This document shows, one piece after another, positions 49,608 to 62,040 of a stretch of DNA of 64,000 nucleotides. This DNA comes from Gracilinanus agilis. Taxonomy: Eukaryota. Each line of letters opens with the position of its first letter. The first letter of the stretch is position 1. The stretch is taken from contig NC_058132.1 in NCBI RefSeq assembly GCF_016433145.1, forward strand, positions 298,419,267 to 298,483,266, read 5' to 3'. Made by a program: the position numbers and the translations under genes. Under the pieces are notes generated by a model. It searched no databases. It was not told the DNA's origin and was given only the letters and a program-made list of their open reading frames with translations.

Positions 49608-49649
49608 AAATTCATTTTATACTCCCTCAGTAGGTTATAAGCTCCTTAA

Positions 49650-49985
49650 TAATAATATTAACATGTATATAGTGTTTTAAGGCTAGCAAATAACTTTATG
49701 TATTTGTAAAGTGTTCATTTAATCCTTCGACAATCTTGTGAGACAGATGTTATTATTATAACCCAGCTTAATAGATGTAGAACCTAAGGCTGAGAGTTGA
49801 TAAGTGATTTGCCTAGGGTCACACAGCTAGCAAGGGTCAGAGACTGAGTTTGAACTCAGATCTTCTTGTTTCTCAGCACTCTTTGCACTGTCACCTTGAG
49901 GGCAAGGACAATTTTGTCTTTGTGCCTCAGGCTCCTGGCTTACACATAAGCACTAAATAAATGCTTATTGAAAGAATGAATGACT
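49650..49985 (-). mobile_element. MIR SINE (minus) followed by an L2 tail (plus)
   Basis: tttaatccttcgacaatcttgtgagacag...gtttgaactcagatcttc; cttgagggcaaggac...taaataaatgcttattg. Confidence 0.7.
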
Positions 49986-50354
49986 ATCAACCGAATGGGC
50001 ATTTACTGAGTACTAAATACTTGTATTCTGCAAGACATAAATGGATCCCTCACAATATCAAAGCAAAAATGATATAGTCCTTGACCTCAAGAAGTTATAT
50101 TTTATTAAAAGCAATATCATATATGCTGATGAAGCAGAGACAAAATTATTTATAAAGTAAATACAAAGTAATTTTGGAGAGAGTAGAGCAAAAGGATGTT
50201 TTTAACAGAATATATATGTCATAAGACATAATGACATTTCTGAAAATTGCATTGGTCTGTTGAGTCAATAGTATCTTTGGTTCATTTTTCTTCTGTTTAT
50301 TAAATAGCTTGGGTTTTATTATTCTGGAAGCATAAAAATTCACTGTAATCACGA

Positions 50355-50610
50355 AGCACTTGGTGATGTAGTAGATAGAACAGTAAGAATAAGGAAGACA
50401 TTAGTTTAAAACTGGCCTCAGACACTTACTGGCTATGTGACCTTGAGCAAGTCACTTAAATTTCATTGGCCTTAGTTTATTCAACTGTGAAATGGGATTA
50501 TCATAATTGTGGAGTTGTGAGGATCAAATGAGATAATATTTGTGAAAAATGCTGAACACAGGGCCCGGCACATAGTAAGTACTATCCAAATTTTAAAAAA
50601 TTTCCTTTTT
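50355..50610 (+). mobile_element. MIR SINE
   Basis: ggcctcagacacttactggctatgtgaccttgagcaagtcactt...gaggatcaaatgagataatatttgt. Confidence 0.85.
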
Positions 50611-51984
50611 CTAGTAAAATATTGATCTGCTTGTCATCACAAATTGGATAGCTTTTGACCTATTAAATGCAAGGCAAACTTTCTCCAAATTCTATTGGGA
50701 GAAATTTTGTTCCACTCCAAAACCCAAGTTAAGTATTTGAGAGATGACTGAGGTCGAATTTTCTTTAAGAGATGGTTTTTTTTTAGTCTGGATCCCTTTT
50801 TCTGAAGTATAGACTTCATAGAGATCAGGGCTGTGCCCTCCTAACATTCAATAACTCTAATTTCTTAAATTTCTGATTTGGTTCCCCTAAGCCCTTATCG
50901 ATTTTTGTTGATAACTTGTATCTGCTTCCTAGTTATGTCCTCAGATCTCCAAGGTGAATAGGATTGAATGAACAGGTCACTTTTCACAGTTATGGAAGAT
51001 TTCAAATACAGTGAAATTGCATCTTAAACAGGGGTTAGTTTGCTTAAAGTCAACCCATTAGGCAAAAATCTCAGAGTCTGAATTAGCCTTTCCTCAAAGT
51101 AGTTCTCCAAAGTAGTCCTCATCTAGCAGGTTGGAATAATGTAGTTAAGGGAGATTCATGAGCTTAATCCATAATTTTGGGTGAAGATGAACTGGAAGCT
51201 GGGTTCAAGATGTGGTTTCTCAAGACACCACTCTAGGTGTCTGGCCCTCCTTCCCTCTCCCACAGTCTGCCCACTAGAGGGGTGTGGAGGCAGATTCAAA
51301 GTTCCCATCCCAGGTTTTACTCCCAATCCTGTTTGTTGTGTAAAATAATAGATGGAATCATCAGCCCCATTTATCTTCTTATCTCTGTTTCTTGATTTTA
51401 TATCTATGTAACTGGATTTGTGTAAGCTAAATGTATGTACCATGCACTTCCACTCTATATGCCTGGTGGAGAAAAACCAATGAAATTCAGAGAGGATACA
51501 AAGGGATTTACAAAAATAAAATGTCTTCTTTTTCTTTGGTTCCCAAGACTGTGTCTTTGATTGCACCTTCTCTCACCTAGCGCTTTATGTGTTGTAAAAT
51601 GATCAACCTTTTGTAACAACTCTACTCTTAGAAGTGGCTAGCCCAGGAACTTGTTCTAATAATGGGGAATCCAAGAGAACATGCTTCTATTGGACATTAT
51701 CAATGTTGCATGATTTGGACTTGGGAATATGAAAAATGCTATACTGAGTTAGATTAATGATTCAGCCAGCTCAGAATGTATTTAATCTTCTAAACCCTTT
51801 TTGAACCCAGACTTTTTTCTTTTTATAGTTTGTATGACCTCTGAGGATAAAATCAATCCTCCTTCCATTTGCTCCAAACAATTATTTTATTTGTTTAAGA
51901 CTACAGAAAATTTCCTAGATATTTTATTCTATTCTCCATCTGCAAACTGAATAGAAACATACTTAGCATAGTGATACCCTAGGA

Positions 51985-52260
51985 GGGCAGGTAGGTTGTG
52001 TAGCATATATAGATCAAATGGGAACTCAGCTGCTTGGTAGCTATGTGATCCTGGATGAGTCACTTCACTTGGTTTGCCTCAGTTTCCTCATCTGGAAAAT
52101 GAGTTGGAGAAGGAAATAGCAAACCACTCCAATATCTTTGTTAAAACAAACAAACAAACAAACAAACAAACAAACAAACAAACAAACAAACAAACAAACA
52201 AACAAACAAAAAACAGATGGGGTCATGAAGAATCAAACATGACCAGGCAGCAACAACATA
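51985..52260 (+). mobile_element. Mar1-type SINE interrupted by an (AAAC)n microsatellite (52143-52208)
   Basis: gcctcagtttcctcatctggaaaatgagttggagaaggaaatagcaaaccactccaatatctttg-(aaac)n-gatggggtcatgaaga. Confidence 0.88.
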
Positions 52261-52590
52261 GAGGATATAAAGTGCTGTAATAAATTTTTTTGTTTTTCAC
52301 TGGACTCTCAGGGTCCAAGTCAAGGGACACATGACTTCAGTCAATTCAAGAGACTGGGTTATTACTGAGATTGTATTGTAAAGAAGTTTTTCCTTGTTTT
52401 TCTAGGAAGAATTAGAAATAGCTGGCATTACTTCAAAGTTTGCAAAGTTTTTTAGTCAGGATTACATTTGTTTATCCCTATTTTTCAGATGAAGAAATTA
52501 GGGCTCAGAGTGGTTAAGTGGTTTGTCCAGGGTCATAGAGATATTCTGTTTGAGGTAGGATTTGAACCAACATCTTCCTGATTCAAAGTC

Positions 52591-52950
52591 TTTTTTTTTT
52601 TATCCTGGGACTCCATTCTAGGAGCATAGGGCCACAACCAGTAGGCAATGGGTCGCTCAGGGTCACCCAGCTGGGAAGTGTCTGAGCCCAGATTTGAACC
52701 TAGGACCTTTCGTCTCTAGGCCTGGCTCTCAATCCACTGAGCTAGCCCAGCTGCCCCTACTTTAGGTTGCAGTTTCTTTAGCAGATGTAGTTTTTACAGG
52801 GTGGGGTTGCTAGCCCCACGCCCAACCCTCCTCCTTTTTCATCCTGGCTAGGGACCATCCTTGGCCCAGGAGTGGTAAGGGTGGGCAATAGGGGTCAAGT
52901 GACTTGCCCAAGGTCACACAGCTGGAAGTGTCCGAGGCCGGACTTGAACC
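52591..52950 (-). mobile_element. Composite insertion of SINE1 pieces alternating with RTE-derived pieces, inside a MIR (about 52440-52975)
   Basis: polyT, RTE 3' end (52601-52640, matches 63013-63051), SINE1 head (about 52641-52757), RTE 5'-like segment (about 52758-52868), SINE1 body (about 52869-52950). Confidence 0.75.
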
Positions 52951-54714
52951 TAGGACCTCCAGCTAGGACTCTACTACTCTAAGATATTTGTTCCCAATTC
53001 TGTGCCACCCCCAAGTCATATTAAAGTGATGCTCCGTAGTTGTGGCACAAATTAGTATTTTTTTAAAGGATTTTAGACAACCCACTCAATGGTTCAGTGA
53101 ATGAATGACATTCTTCTTTAAAAGTTTCATTTGTGTTTTCCCTTTTCTCTAGGAAATTTGTCAATCCTTCAAAATAGCACAATCTGTAGGTCACAGAGAA
53201 GTTGTAGAAATAAGTAAGATGCCATGTTTTCAGTTATATCTTGACTATTATCTGACAGCTCTCTGGTGATAAATGAGGAAAAGCCCATAATGATTTGTTG
53301 GCTGCTCAGGAGAAAACTTATTTTTAACTTGCTAGTGGCTATAAAATGCCTACAGTTCAATTCTACCATTTAAATTATGCAAATGTATCAGAGTCTTTAA
53401 CTCATAGTGAATAAGAATTAATATCTTCAGCGAGAGCTAAAATTCTAATTCAAATTAGAAATGTTACTCTCCTGATATTTAAAATAGAATAGACTGTCGG
53501 AATGGGAACAGAACTTGGAGAACGCCATTGTTCATGTAGGTCAGATCAGGCTGGACATATTAAAGTGGCTTGTTGTCTAAGGTCTCCCTGATATAAGGAC
53601 CAGAATAAGAACCCAGGCTTGATGCCTGCCAGGCTAGTTGTCTTTCTACTTCCTTTCATTCAGGAAGAAAATAGTCAATCTAAGGCTTTTCAGACCGTGT
53701 ATAGTTAAATTTATTTTAAGAGAGTTATTCAGCTGAAGAAGAGTAGAATTCTGACCTTCTAGGGAGTAAGACCCACAGGACCAGATTACAAATTTCAGCT
53801 ACTGACATGGCATGTTATATGCCACATGTGCTAGACTGTCAGTATAAAAGTCAGGTTCTTGCATATGAAAGAGAGGGACTGTGGAGAATGGGGAAAATGC
53901 CACAGAATCAAGTTTAAAATGTCATTCTTAACACTTACGTATGTCTAGAAACAAATTATGGTGCACTGACTTTAAGGCATTTTTTTTTGGTCTAGAAATT
54001 TCCTATATGTATATATCTATATTTGTGTATATATCACTTACATTTTAATGTCATTTCATGCCCACGCTTCATGTTTGGAACACGAATTCCCATTTATGTG
54101 GTTCTGTCAGAACACTGGCATAATTACTCAAATAGAAGACATTCTATGAAATGAGAAATGATTTTCTACATGGGTTTTTTCCGCCTTAGCCCTATTTTAC
54201 CGATATCTCTAGCCAGAGACGCATGTTGCCTGCATGTGGAAATAATGTCTAAATATAGATTTAAGGCATTTCCCGAGTTGTTACAAATTGTAATAGTGTA
54301 ATTGTCCTCTCTGACTTAGCTCTAGCTACTTATGATAGAGGCCAGTCTTCATTTCTGAACATGAGGAGGGTTTGGAGAAGAGCAGCAGGGAAGATTCAAA
54401 TCTTGAGATCAGACCTATAACAGGTATTCCAGAAGTCTTAGTTTCAGACGGTTAAAACTTAAAACTGGGCCTTTCCCTCAGTAACCTCATTCCTTTTACC
54501 CTAATTGCCATTTTCAGTACTTCATGCCCATGAAAGCAACATGATAACCTTGTTAAGACCTCTTTGTGGTGGGTCAATACCAAGACACCAATTTTGCAGG
54601 GTTTTACCGCTCATGAGCCTTGAACAACTAATTCATTTGCCGAGAATTCAGGGAAGATGGCAATGTCAGCTTTATGATCCAAACTGGTATCATTTTGCTA
54701 AATAAAACTGCCCT

Positions 54715-55150
54715 AAGACTCTTAAGACACCCTGCATAAAGTGGGTACATGTTAACTGGAAAATGGTTAAATAAATCATGATACATAAATGTAACAAAAT
54801 ATTGTTGCACCATAAGAAATAATTATTTTGAGCCATTCAGAGAATCATGGGAAAACTTGTATAAACCAATGCAAAGCAAACCCACTAGGACAGTAACATA
54901 CACAACCGTTCCACAGTACAAATAAAAACAGAGTCAACTTGATCTCAAATCAAAATCAGTGCAGTAACCAATATTGAATTCAGTGTTCTGATGACTACTG
55001 AAAGTGGGGAACAAGGACAGATAGAGTTGCAGTATTGATTGGCCCTACTTGAATGATTTTCGTTGTTACAGGAGAGGGTTTGGGAGGTGTGGGGGGGAGG
55101 GGAAGAGAGAAAGTTTAGAGGCAAATAATTGTGACATAAAAAATATTCAT
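54715..55150 (+). mobile_element. Old marsupial L1 ORF2 end / 3'UTR
   Basis: ggaaaatggttaaataaatcatgatac...ttcagagaatcatgggaaaacttgtat. Confidence 0.72.
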
Positions 55151-55404
55151 TAAAAACTCATTTTTTTGCCCATCTCCTTTTATTTTTCCTAGAGTTTTAC
55201 TTCTTTATAATATCCATCATAGCATAACATTCCCAGAATCTATTCACATATGAATGTTTTTCTCTAATTTAAAGGGATTTGGCACACTGATTTAAAAATA
55301 TTTTATATATATATTCACAGAAGTCCAGGACACACCATATAGGGATTAAGGAGTTTGCTGGTGAGGTTGGCACAGGGTTAAATAATCAAAGCCTTTTCTG
55401 GGCA

Positions 55405-56330
55405 TACAGTTAATCAAATAACATTTATTAAACACTTGCTGTTCACCAAGGACTGGGAATAGAAAGGAATGCAAAAAATAGGACTTGCTCTCAAGAAACA
55501 CACAGTCTAATGGGGGAAATAACATATATATGAATAGCTAAGTACAAACAAAATTGTATATACATCTATATATTATATCTATATACATATAACATATGTT
55601 TGTATATATACACATATATTTTGAGGGTAATTTCAAATGGAAGACAGAAAGGTAAAGAAGGGCTAAGGAGGGCTTCTTACAGGAGACTGGATATTAGCTG
55701 AGACACAAAGGATGAGAAGAGACTGAGTTCTAGGTTTGGGGACAGCCAGTGAAAATGCTTGAGTTGGGAGATGGAATGTCACATGCAAGGAGGAATAGTA
55801 AATGTCAATGAATTGCAAAGTAGTTGCAGGAGAGTGAGATATAAGAAGAGGAAAAGTAGGAAGGCAGCTTTTAAAGGGCTTTAAATTTTATATTTGATTC
55901 TAGAGACAATAGGGAGCCACTAGAGTTTATTGTGAAGAGGACTGATAGGGTAAAATCTGGTTTTAAGAAGATTATGTCTGAGTGGAGGATGCAAGATGAA
56001 GGAGCAAGGAAAGACTTGAAAGCTCTTGCTTTAGACTAGTCATGAGGAGATGAGGGCCTGCACTAGGGTGGTGGCAGTATCAGAGAAGAGAAGGAAGTGA
56101 GTATATACAAGAAATGTTATGAAGGCACAAAAGACAAGACTACAACTGATTGAATGAAGGGGAGGTGAGAGAGGGACGCAGTGAGGACGGCATCTAGGTT
56201 TTGAGCCTAGATTATTGGGAGGATAATGGTACCCTCAATAATAGGAAGAAAGTTGGAAAGAAGAGAGTGGAGGGGAAAAAAAACGAGTCCAATTTTTGAC
56301 ATATTGAGTTTAAATGTCTATGGGACATGC
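55405..56330 (-). mobile_element. L2 3' region
   Basis: aacatttattaaacacttgc...gctctcaagaaacacacagtctaatggggg...agacaatagggagccactagagtttatt...tgagtttaaatgtctatgggacat. Confidence 0.8.
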
Positions 56331-56641
56331 ACTGTATCACCACTCTCTTAGCTGGCCAGTGGCCAGACCTCTGGAGTCACAAACCTTTCTAGCCATGTAC
56401 CTTATTCCTTGTCCTGGGTAAGTCCATGGAACTCAAGGCAGCGGGCTTCTTTTGTCTTGGTCCCACTTCTGCCCTGTTAGCTTCTGGCCAAAATTGTTCT
56501 CCTAAGGAAAATGAATGAACAAACAAACCTGATGAGGATTTAGAAGGAGTAACAAATTACTATCAACACAAAAAAAGTATCAAAAGGGTTTTTACATTAT
56601 AAATAGTTACTCGATAAATTTAGTTGGTTGTACTGATATTC

Positions 56642-56858
56642 TTTTCTTTTTTAATTTTTACCTTCCATCTTAGAATTAATATAATGTATTGGTTCCAAGG
56701 CAAAAGAGGTAAGTGGTAAGGGCTAAGCGATGGGGATTAAGTGTTTTGTTCAGGGTCACACAGCTAGAAAGTGTCTGAGTTCAGATATGAACAGAGGACC
56801 TCCCATCTCTAGGACTGGCTCTCATTCCACTGACCCACTTAATTGCCTCCCCACCCAA
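56642..56858 (-). mobile_element. SINE1/Mar-type SINE with a 15-bp TSD
   Basis: TSD gttgtactgatattc at 56627-56641 and 56859-56873. Confidence 0.92.
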
Positions 56859-57184
56859 GTTGTACTGATATTCAATGTTAATCATTTATTAAAAGACTAT
56901 TTTAAAAAACTGTTCTTATCCGCATCTGAATTTCAATACAAGGTTGGCTCCAGGGCTACAGCCATAGAAATATCCTAAACTAGTACATATTGTAGTCACT
57001 CGAGAATATATTGATCAGAACCTTTCTTATATCTTTTTATATCCTCTTTTCATCTCCCCCCCCCCATCTCTTGTTGCTTTAATCCTTTTCCAGGCTATTT
57101 ACCCTTAGTTCTTCCCATCTAGATCTGGCCAACCAGAAGTCTTCTGGATTTTGTCTTTTTAAAAAGAGACAGACTCCTTTATAT

Positions 57185-57450
57185 AATAATCACTGACATT
57201 TTTATAGAACATTAAGCTTTGCAAGGTTTTTTACATACTTGATCTCATTTGATCCTTACAACCATGCTATGAAGAGGCTTTTTCTAATAATACTACAGAC
57301 ATTATTATCTCAATTTTCCTGAGTAGGAAATTGAGGCTGAGGCTGAGTCTGGTGCCTATTGTTGTAAAACTAGTAAATATCAGGTAGGATTGGAATACTG
57401 CCTTTTTTCCTGACTCCAATTCTAACATGCTTTCCACTATGCCATAATGT
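57185..57450 (-). mobile_element. MIR SINE
   Basis: gatctcatttgatccttacaacc...gaggaaattgaggctgagg...cctgactccaattctaac. Confidence 0.75.
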
Positions 57451-59309
57451 CTTTAAGCACAACTTAAAATTATGATACTCTCTCCTTCACCAAAATTTTC
57501 AGTGTGATCTGAAATTTCCATCTAGAACTACTCCCTTCCTCTTTTCATAGGAAGACTCCAACTTTAATTTGTTGGTCACTGTTACTTCCCAAGAACATTT
57601 AAATTAGAATTATAGGATATCTGCAAACCAATTACATGTTTGTTCTTATAGCCCCAATAAGATGAGGAATGTCCTTCTACCCATGGGTTCCACATTTTCT
57701 TTTTAATGGAATTATTACCTCTCTGTTAATGATGCTGAAGTTTTGGATTTAAAGTTCTCTTTAAATGAGATCTTACAAAGTGTTTTTTGCCACTTCCCTT
57801 CGTGAATAAGATATGCAGAAAATGTGACTGTTCTGACTTAAAGTGATCTAAAAGTAAGAAAAGTGGGAAAGTTCAAAATTAGACCTCTTCTACCTCTAGC
57901 TGGTAGCTGCTAAATACTTTTATAAAGACCTTACCCATTTTTTCTCATGTACATTCTAAGTTTATTCATCACCACATGAATAAATACTTTAATAAGTTAT
58001 CACATATATGGTCCTTTATAGACAAGGTAAAAAAAAGTATAGTCCCTATTTTCTTGAAGCTCATGATTTAAAATACTTTATTGGGTACTTGGGAAAGCCT
58101 TTAGGGGGAAAAGTACATTATAGTAAGACCTCCATTGACTGAAATATCATTTCCTCCTCTGTAAAATGATAGGGATAGACTAGATTTCCAAGATTCATGT
58201 CAGGCAATAAAAACATTTATTGAATTCCTACTATGCACCAGGAACTGAGTTAAGAGCTGACTTTACAACAAAAGGCAAAAGATAATCTTGATCTCAAGGA
58301 GTTCCAAGTCAATGGGGGATCCTAAAGGTTCCTCTTAGCTCTAATTCCTGTTAATAGGAGAGGGTATTTCATCTGTTCAAGGTCATACAGGTAGTAAGTA
58401 GTCAAATTAGGCTTCATTTTCAGATTTTAAAGCTATCAACTAACACTATAAACTATCGAGGAGCAGGGATTTGATGTCAATTAACTGACAATAAGAAATG
58501 AACTCCTGGAGGGGAGGGAAGGAAGAAAGGACACAGGAAGATAATAAGGGAAAAGGCTACTATTAAAAAAATGGATTGAACCTGATGGCTGAGAGATAGC
58601 ACTGAAGAACAAAATTTTAATTTTAGTATTTCAGAGGGATTTTTTTTAACAAAATCTCTTAGAATCAGCTAATGCCTGGGATTCCAAAACCTGATACAGA
58701 AGGTTAGGTTTTCCATATTCCTTGACCCTTCCCTGAAGGTTGTTTGTTTGTTTTTTACAAATTTCTGATATCAGCTTGCTTTATTTTAATAAAAATTCAA
58801 ATATAGAAATAAAATCCTGGTTAATTAAGAGTTCCATTAATTATGGGCTAATTAAATGTTCCATTTGTTAATTAAAGGTTCTTATTAATAAGAGTTTCAC
58901 TGAAATGTTAAGTCAAGGATAGGTGTATTTTGTTTGGAATTATGGTTAAAGAGGACCAGTGATGGTGATCTCAGCATGAAAAGGATAGATGTCCTCTTTC
59001 AGATTAATTGTCTCTTCAAATGGATTCTTCTCTTTTTCTCAAATAATTTTTTTTTCTAAAGTAGAAAAATTAGTTTTATACAAAGTCATAGTTAAAGAAG
59101 GAAGAGGAGGCCTCTTCTGAAGATTTTAGGAAGCTGCCAGGCAGGTAACAGTGATCTGGAATGGCTAGAGGAGAGAACTTTCTGCAGAGGTTCAATTTAT
59201 AATGTTACCTGGAGTTGAATATAATATTCTCCTTTCTTAACATCCAGAATTTAAGAATACTAAGAAAGGGAAAGCTTAATCAATTTATTCAATTCATTGT
59301 CTTTTTAAA

Positions 59310-59538
59310 TTGAACATATGGGTTGATGCAGACACCATTTGGATGTAGACTCTTAATGACCACCTTAGAACAATTATCAATAATATGGAAATAGGTCTTG
59401 ATTGATGACACATGAAAAAACCAGTGGAAATGCAGGTCAGCTACTAGGAGTTGGAGGGGGGGGGGTTTAGGGGGAGAGAGAGCAAGAACACGAATCATGT
59501 AACCATGGAAAAAAATTTTCTAAAAAATAAAAAAAAAA
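59310..59538 (+). mobile_element. L1 3'UTR fragment with A-tail
   Basis: atcaataatatggaaataggtcttgattgatgacacatg...gaatcatgtaaccatggaaaaaaa, similar to 1274-1481 and 32100-32260. Confidence 0.88.
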
Positions 59539-60659
59539 GTCAGTTGGCCCCAGGTGCCCTAGCTTTTCTACTATAGATGGGGAAATATCCTATGAGTTGG
59601 AGGAAATGACAGAGCTGCCTAGAGAAACTGAAGTAAATAATATCCTGGACAGTCTCTGAAAAACCTCTGTATTGTATTATATATATAGTTCCACTTAAGG
59701 AATTAAATTGCCTAGGATAATAGGATAATAAATAACTAACATTTATACTGTAAAAAAAAAATAAAAAAATAAAAAGTAAAAAATCCATGAGGCAAAACAG
59801 AAATAGTGGAATATGTATTTTTATTTCAAAATAAAATTATAATAATTACTTGTAATTATTTGTATTTAAAGTTTACTTGCACAGAGAAACTATAGTTAAA
59901 TTATACTAATATTAATTTTAAAATTATAAAATGATTATTGTATCAACTGCTACAATTGATCTACCTGATCCCACTAATGTTAACACTTTTATTTTCTGGG
60001 TCTGTTGAACTAAATTTGGAAAGACCAAAAAGAGCTATTCTGTTTAATCTTCTCTTGAGTTTTGATTTCTCAGTTTCCATTTTTCTTCTTTTGTTAGTCT
60101 ATATCCTTTTTTTCTTCTAGTTTTGGTCAAAGAATCCTCAGGCTTGAAAAGAGCTTCTAAATGTCATCTAATTCATTTCCCTCAACTCAGGCAGGCAGCT
60201 GCCCTCCTGACTTTTCCTTAACAGGGAGTAGAAACAGAATGTCTACAGCCTCTTCATTAAATGTTGTTTCTCACAACTACAATGGGGGATTAGTTAGGGA
60301 TGGCTGTGAGTCTCAAATACACATTGTACATCTTACTTTCTCCCAGACCAAGGAGTGGATATATAGCTTTGGAAGTCATGTCTAATTCAATAGCCAGACT
60401 AGGGTGAATCACTCTTTTTCTTTAAGTTTTCAAAAGATTGTAGGATCATTGCTTTAGAGAAAGGGGAAAAAAGGAAGAGAAAACTTAGAGATAGTTTAAA
60501 TAAAATCTCTCCTTTTAATGACAAGGAAACTAGACCCAGAGAAAGGACATTACTTATCTTCTAAGGTCACACAGATAGTAATGACAATGACACTCAAACC
60601 AATGTTTTTCCCATTGTAACACATCACTATGCCCACTCATTTGGTTAGAGACAGTTGTC

Positions 60660-61190
60660 TTTCCTTTGTTCAAGGACCTTGAATGGCTTCCCTTTGCCTC
60701 TAGGATCAAATGCAAATTCCTATGTTTAACATTTAAAGCCTCTCCCAATCTGTCTTTCTAGGTTGATTATACATTATTCACCCTCTCACACACTCTATTC
60801 CCCTCTATATTTGTCTACATCCTGTTCCCTACATTAAACCTCTTGCCCTTAAGATTTTGCACAGGTGTTTTCCTCAGTCTAAAATTCTCTCTCTTCTTAC
60901 CTCCATCTTTGTAGCCTCTACTACCCTTTTCAAGGCATAGTTCAAATGCTTAGCTCTTCCATAAGAAACGCTTTCTAACTGCAACTGCCTCTCACTATTT
61001 TGCATTTATTTTACATATATATTAGATATTATCTACAAGTCACTGTGTATCTGTTGCTTTCCAATAGAATCTCAGCTTCTTCAAGGCAGAAATTGTTTTG
61101 TTTTTGTCTAGCACAGGGTTTGGGTTTCTCATGTACATAGATACTCAGTAAGTGCTTTATAAGTGAATTGAATGAATGAATCTTCCTAAG
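60660..61190 (+). mobile_element. L2 3' end
   Basis: gaatggcttccctttgcctctaggatcaaatgcaaattcc...tagaatctcagcttcttcaaggcag...aagtgctttataagtgaattgaatgaatgaa. Confidence 0.8.
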
Positions 61191-61268
61191 AGGTAGGAGG
61201 GAATGAAATTCAAAGATAAACCACTGTTTCATACAGAAGGAAAACCACAGGAGAAGCTAACTTCCTAA

Positions 61269-62040
61269 TGTTATGGGGGTGGGGAACCCCTGGATTCAGG
61301 AAGGAAACCTTTCTCAAGAATGAGGGGACTCCAAACTTAGCTTAAAAATAAAAAGAAAGATTTATTAGTAAGGTAAGATTAATGGCCAGCAAGACAGCAT
61401 GAGTGTGAAATGCCAGAAGTCGATCCCAATAATGAGACTGAGGCCAGCAATGCAAAATGCAAAGGGATTTTTATTGTCTAGCTCCAGTTAGGGTCTCACA
61501 TGGAAAGGCTGGTGTGTGACCATGAGCTGTGCCCAGGTGAGTTTTTATAGAGTGGTAGGCAGCAGGGGGTAGAATAGGGGGAGGTTTTCAAGGCAGGAAT
61601 TCCTTCAGATAAGGGGGAGAGGTCTGGAAACCAAAGGTCTGTAAGTTAGGAATTCCTACAGACAAGCCTGTTTCACTATAATGTTATACAGGGGTCTGGA
61701 TTTTTAATTATGACTCTCTCTAGGTTTCACAAGTGGAGCAACCCTGAGGGGCGGAGGACGGCATGGCAGCATGAGTGGAACAACTCTAGCAGTTGCTCCC
61801 TGAAAGCTTCAGTCCAGGGGTTCTTATATTCTTTACAACAGTGAGCATGTGTACATGACTTCTTGAATTCCAGCATTCTGTGGGTGGGGGTCGGCCTGAG
61901 ATCTTCAGGGCTTAGGCTATCAAGGTATGGCCAGAAGTTATATCTCTTTGTCTATCTCAACCTAAAGGACAGTCTAAGGATAATGGTCTTTTCCTTGGGA
62001 GTCACAAGGACAGGAAGGGGGAAGGGAATTTCCCTGTTCA
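61269..62040 (-). mobile_element. Probable solo ERV LTR (possibly two LTR pieces)
   Basis: TGTTATGGGGG left end and ...CCCTGTTCA candidate right end. On the minus strand, AATAAA at 61361-61366 and TATAAAA at about 61543-61549 lie in U3-R-U5 order. No TSD identified. Confidence 0.55.
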
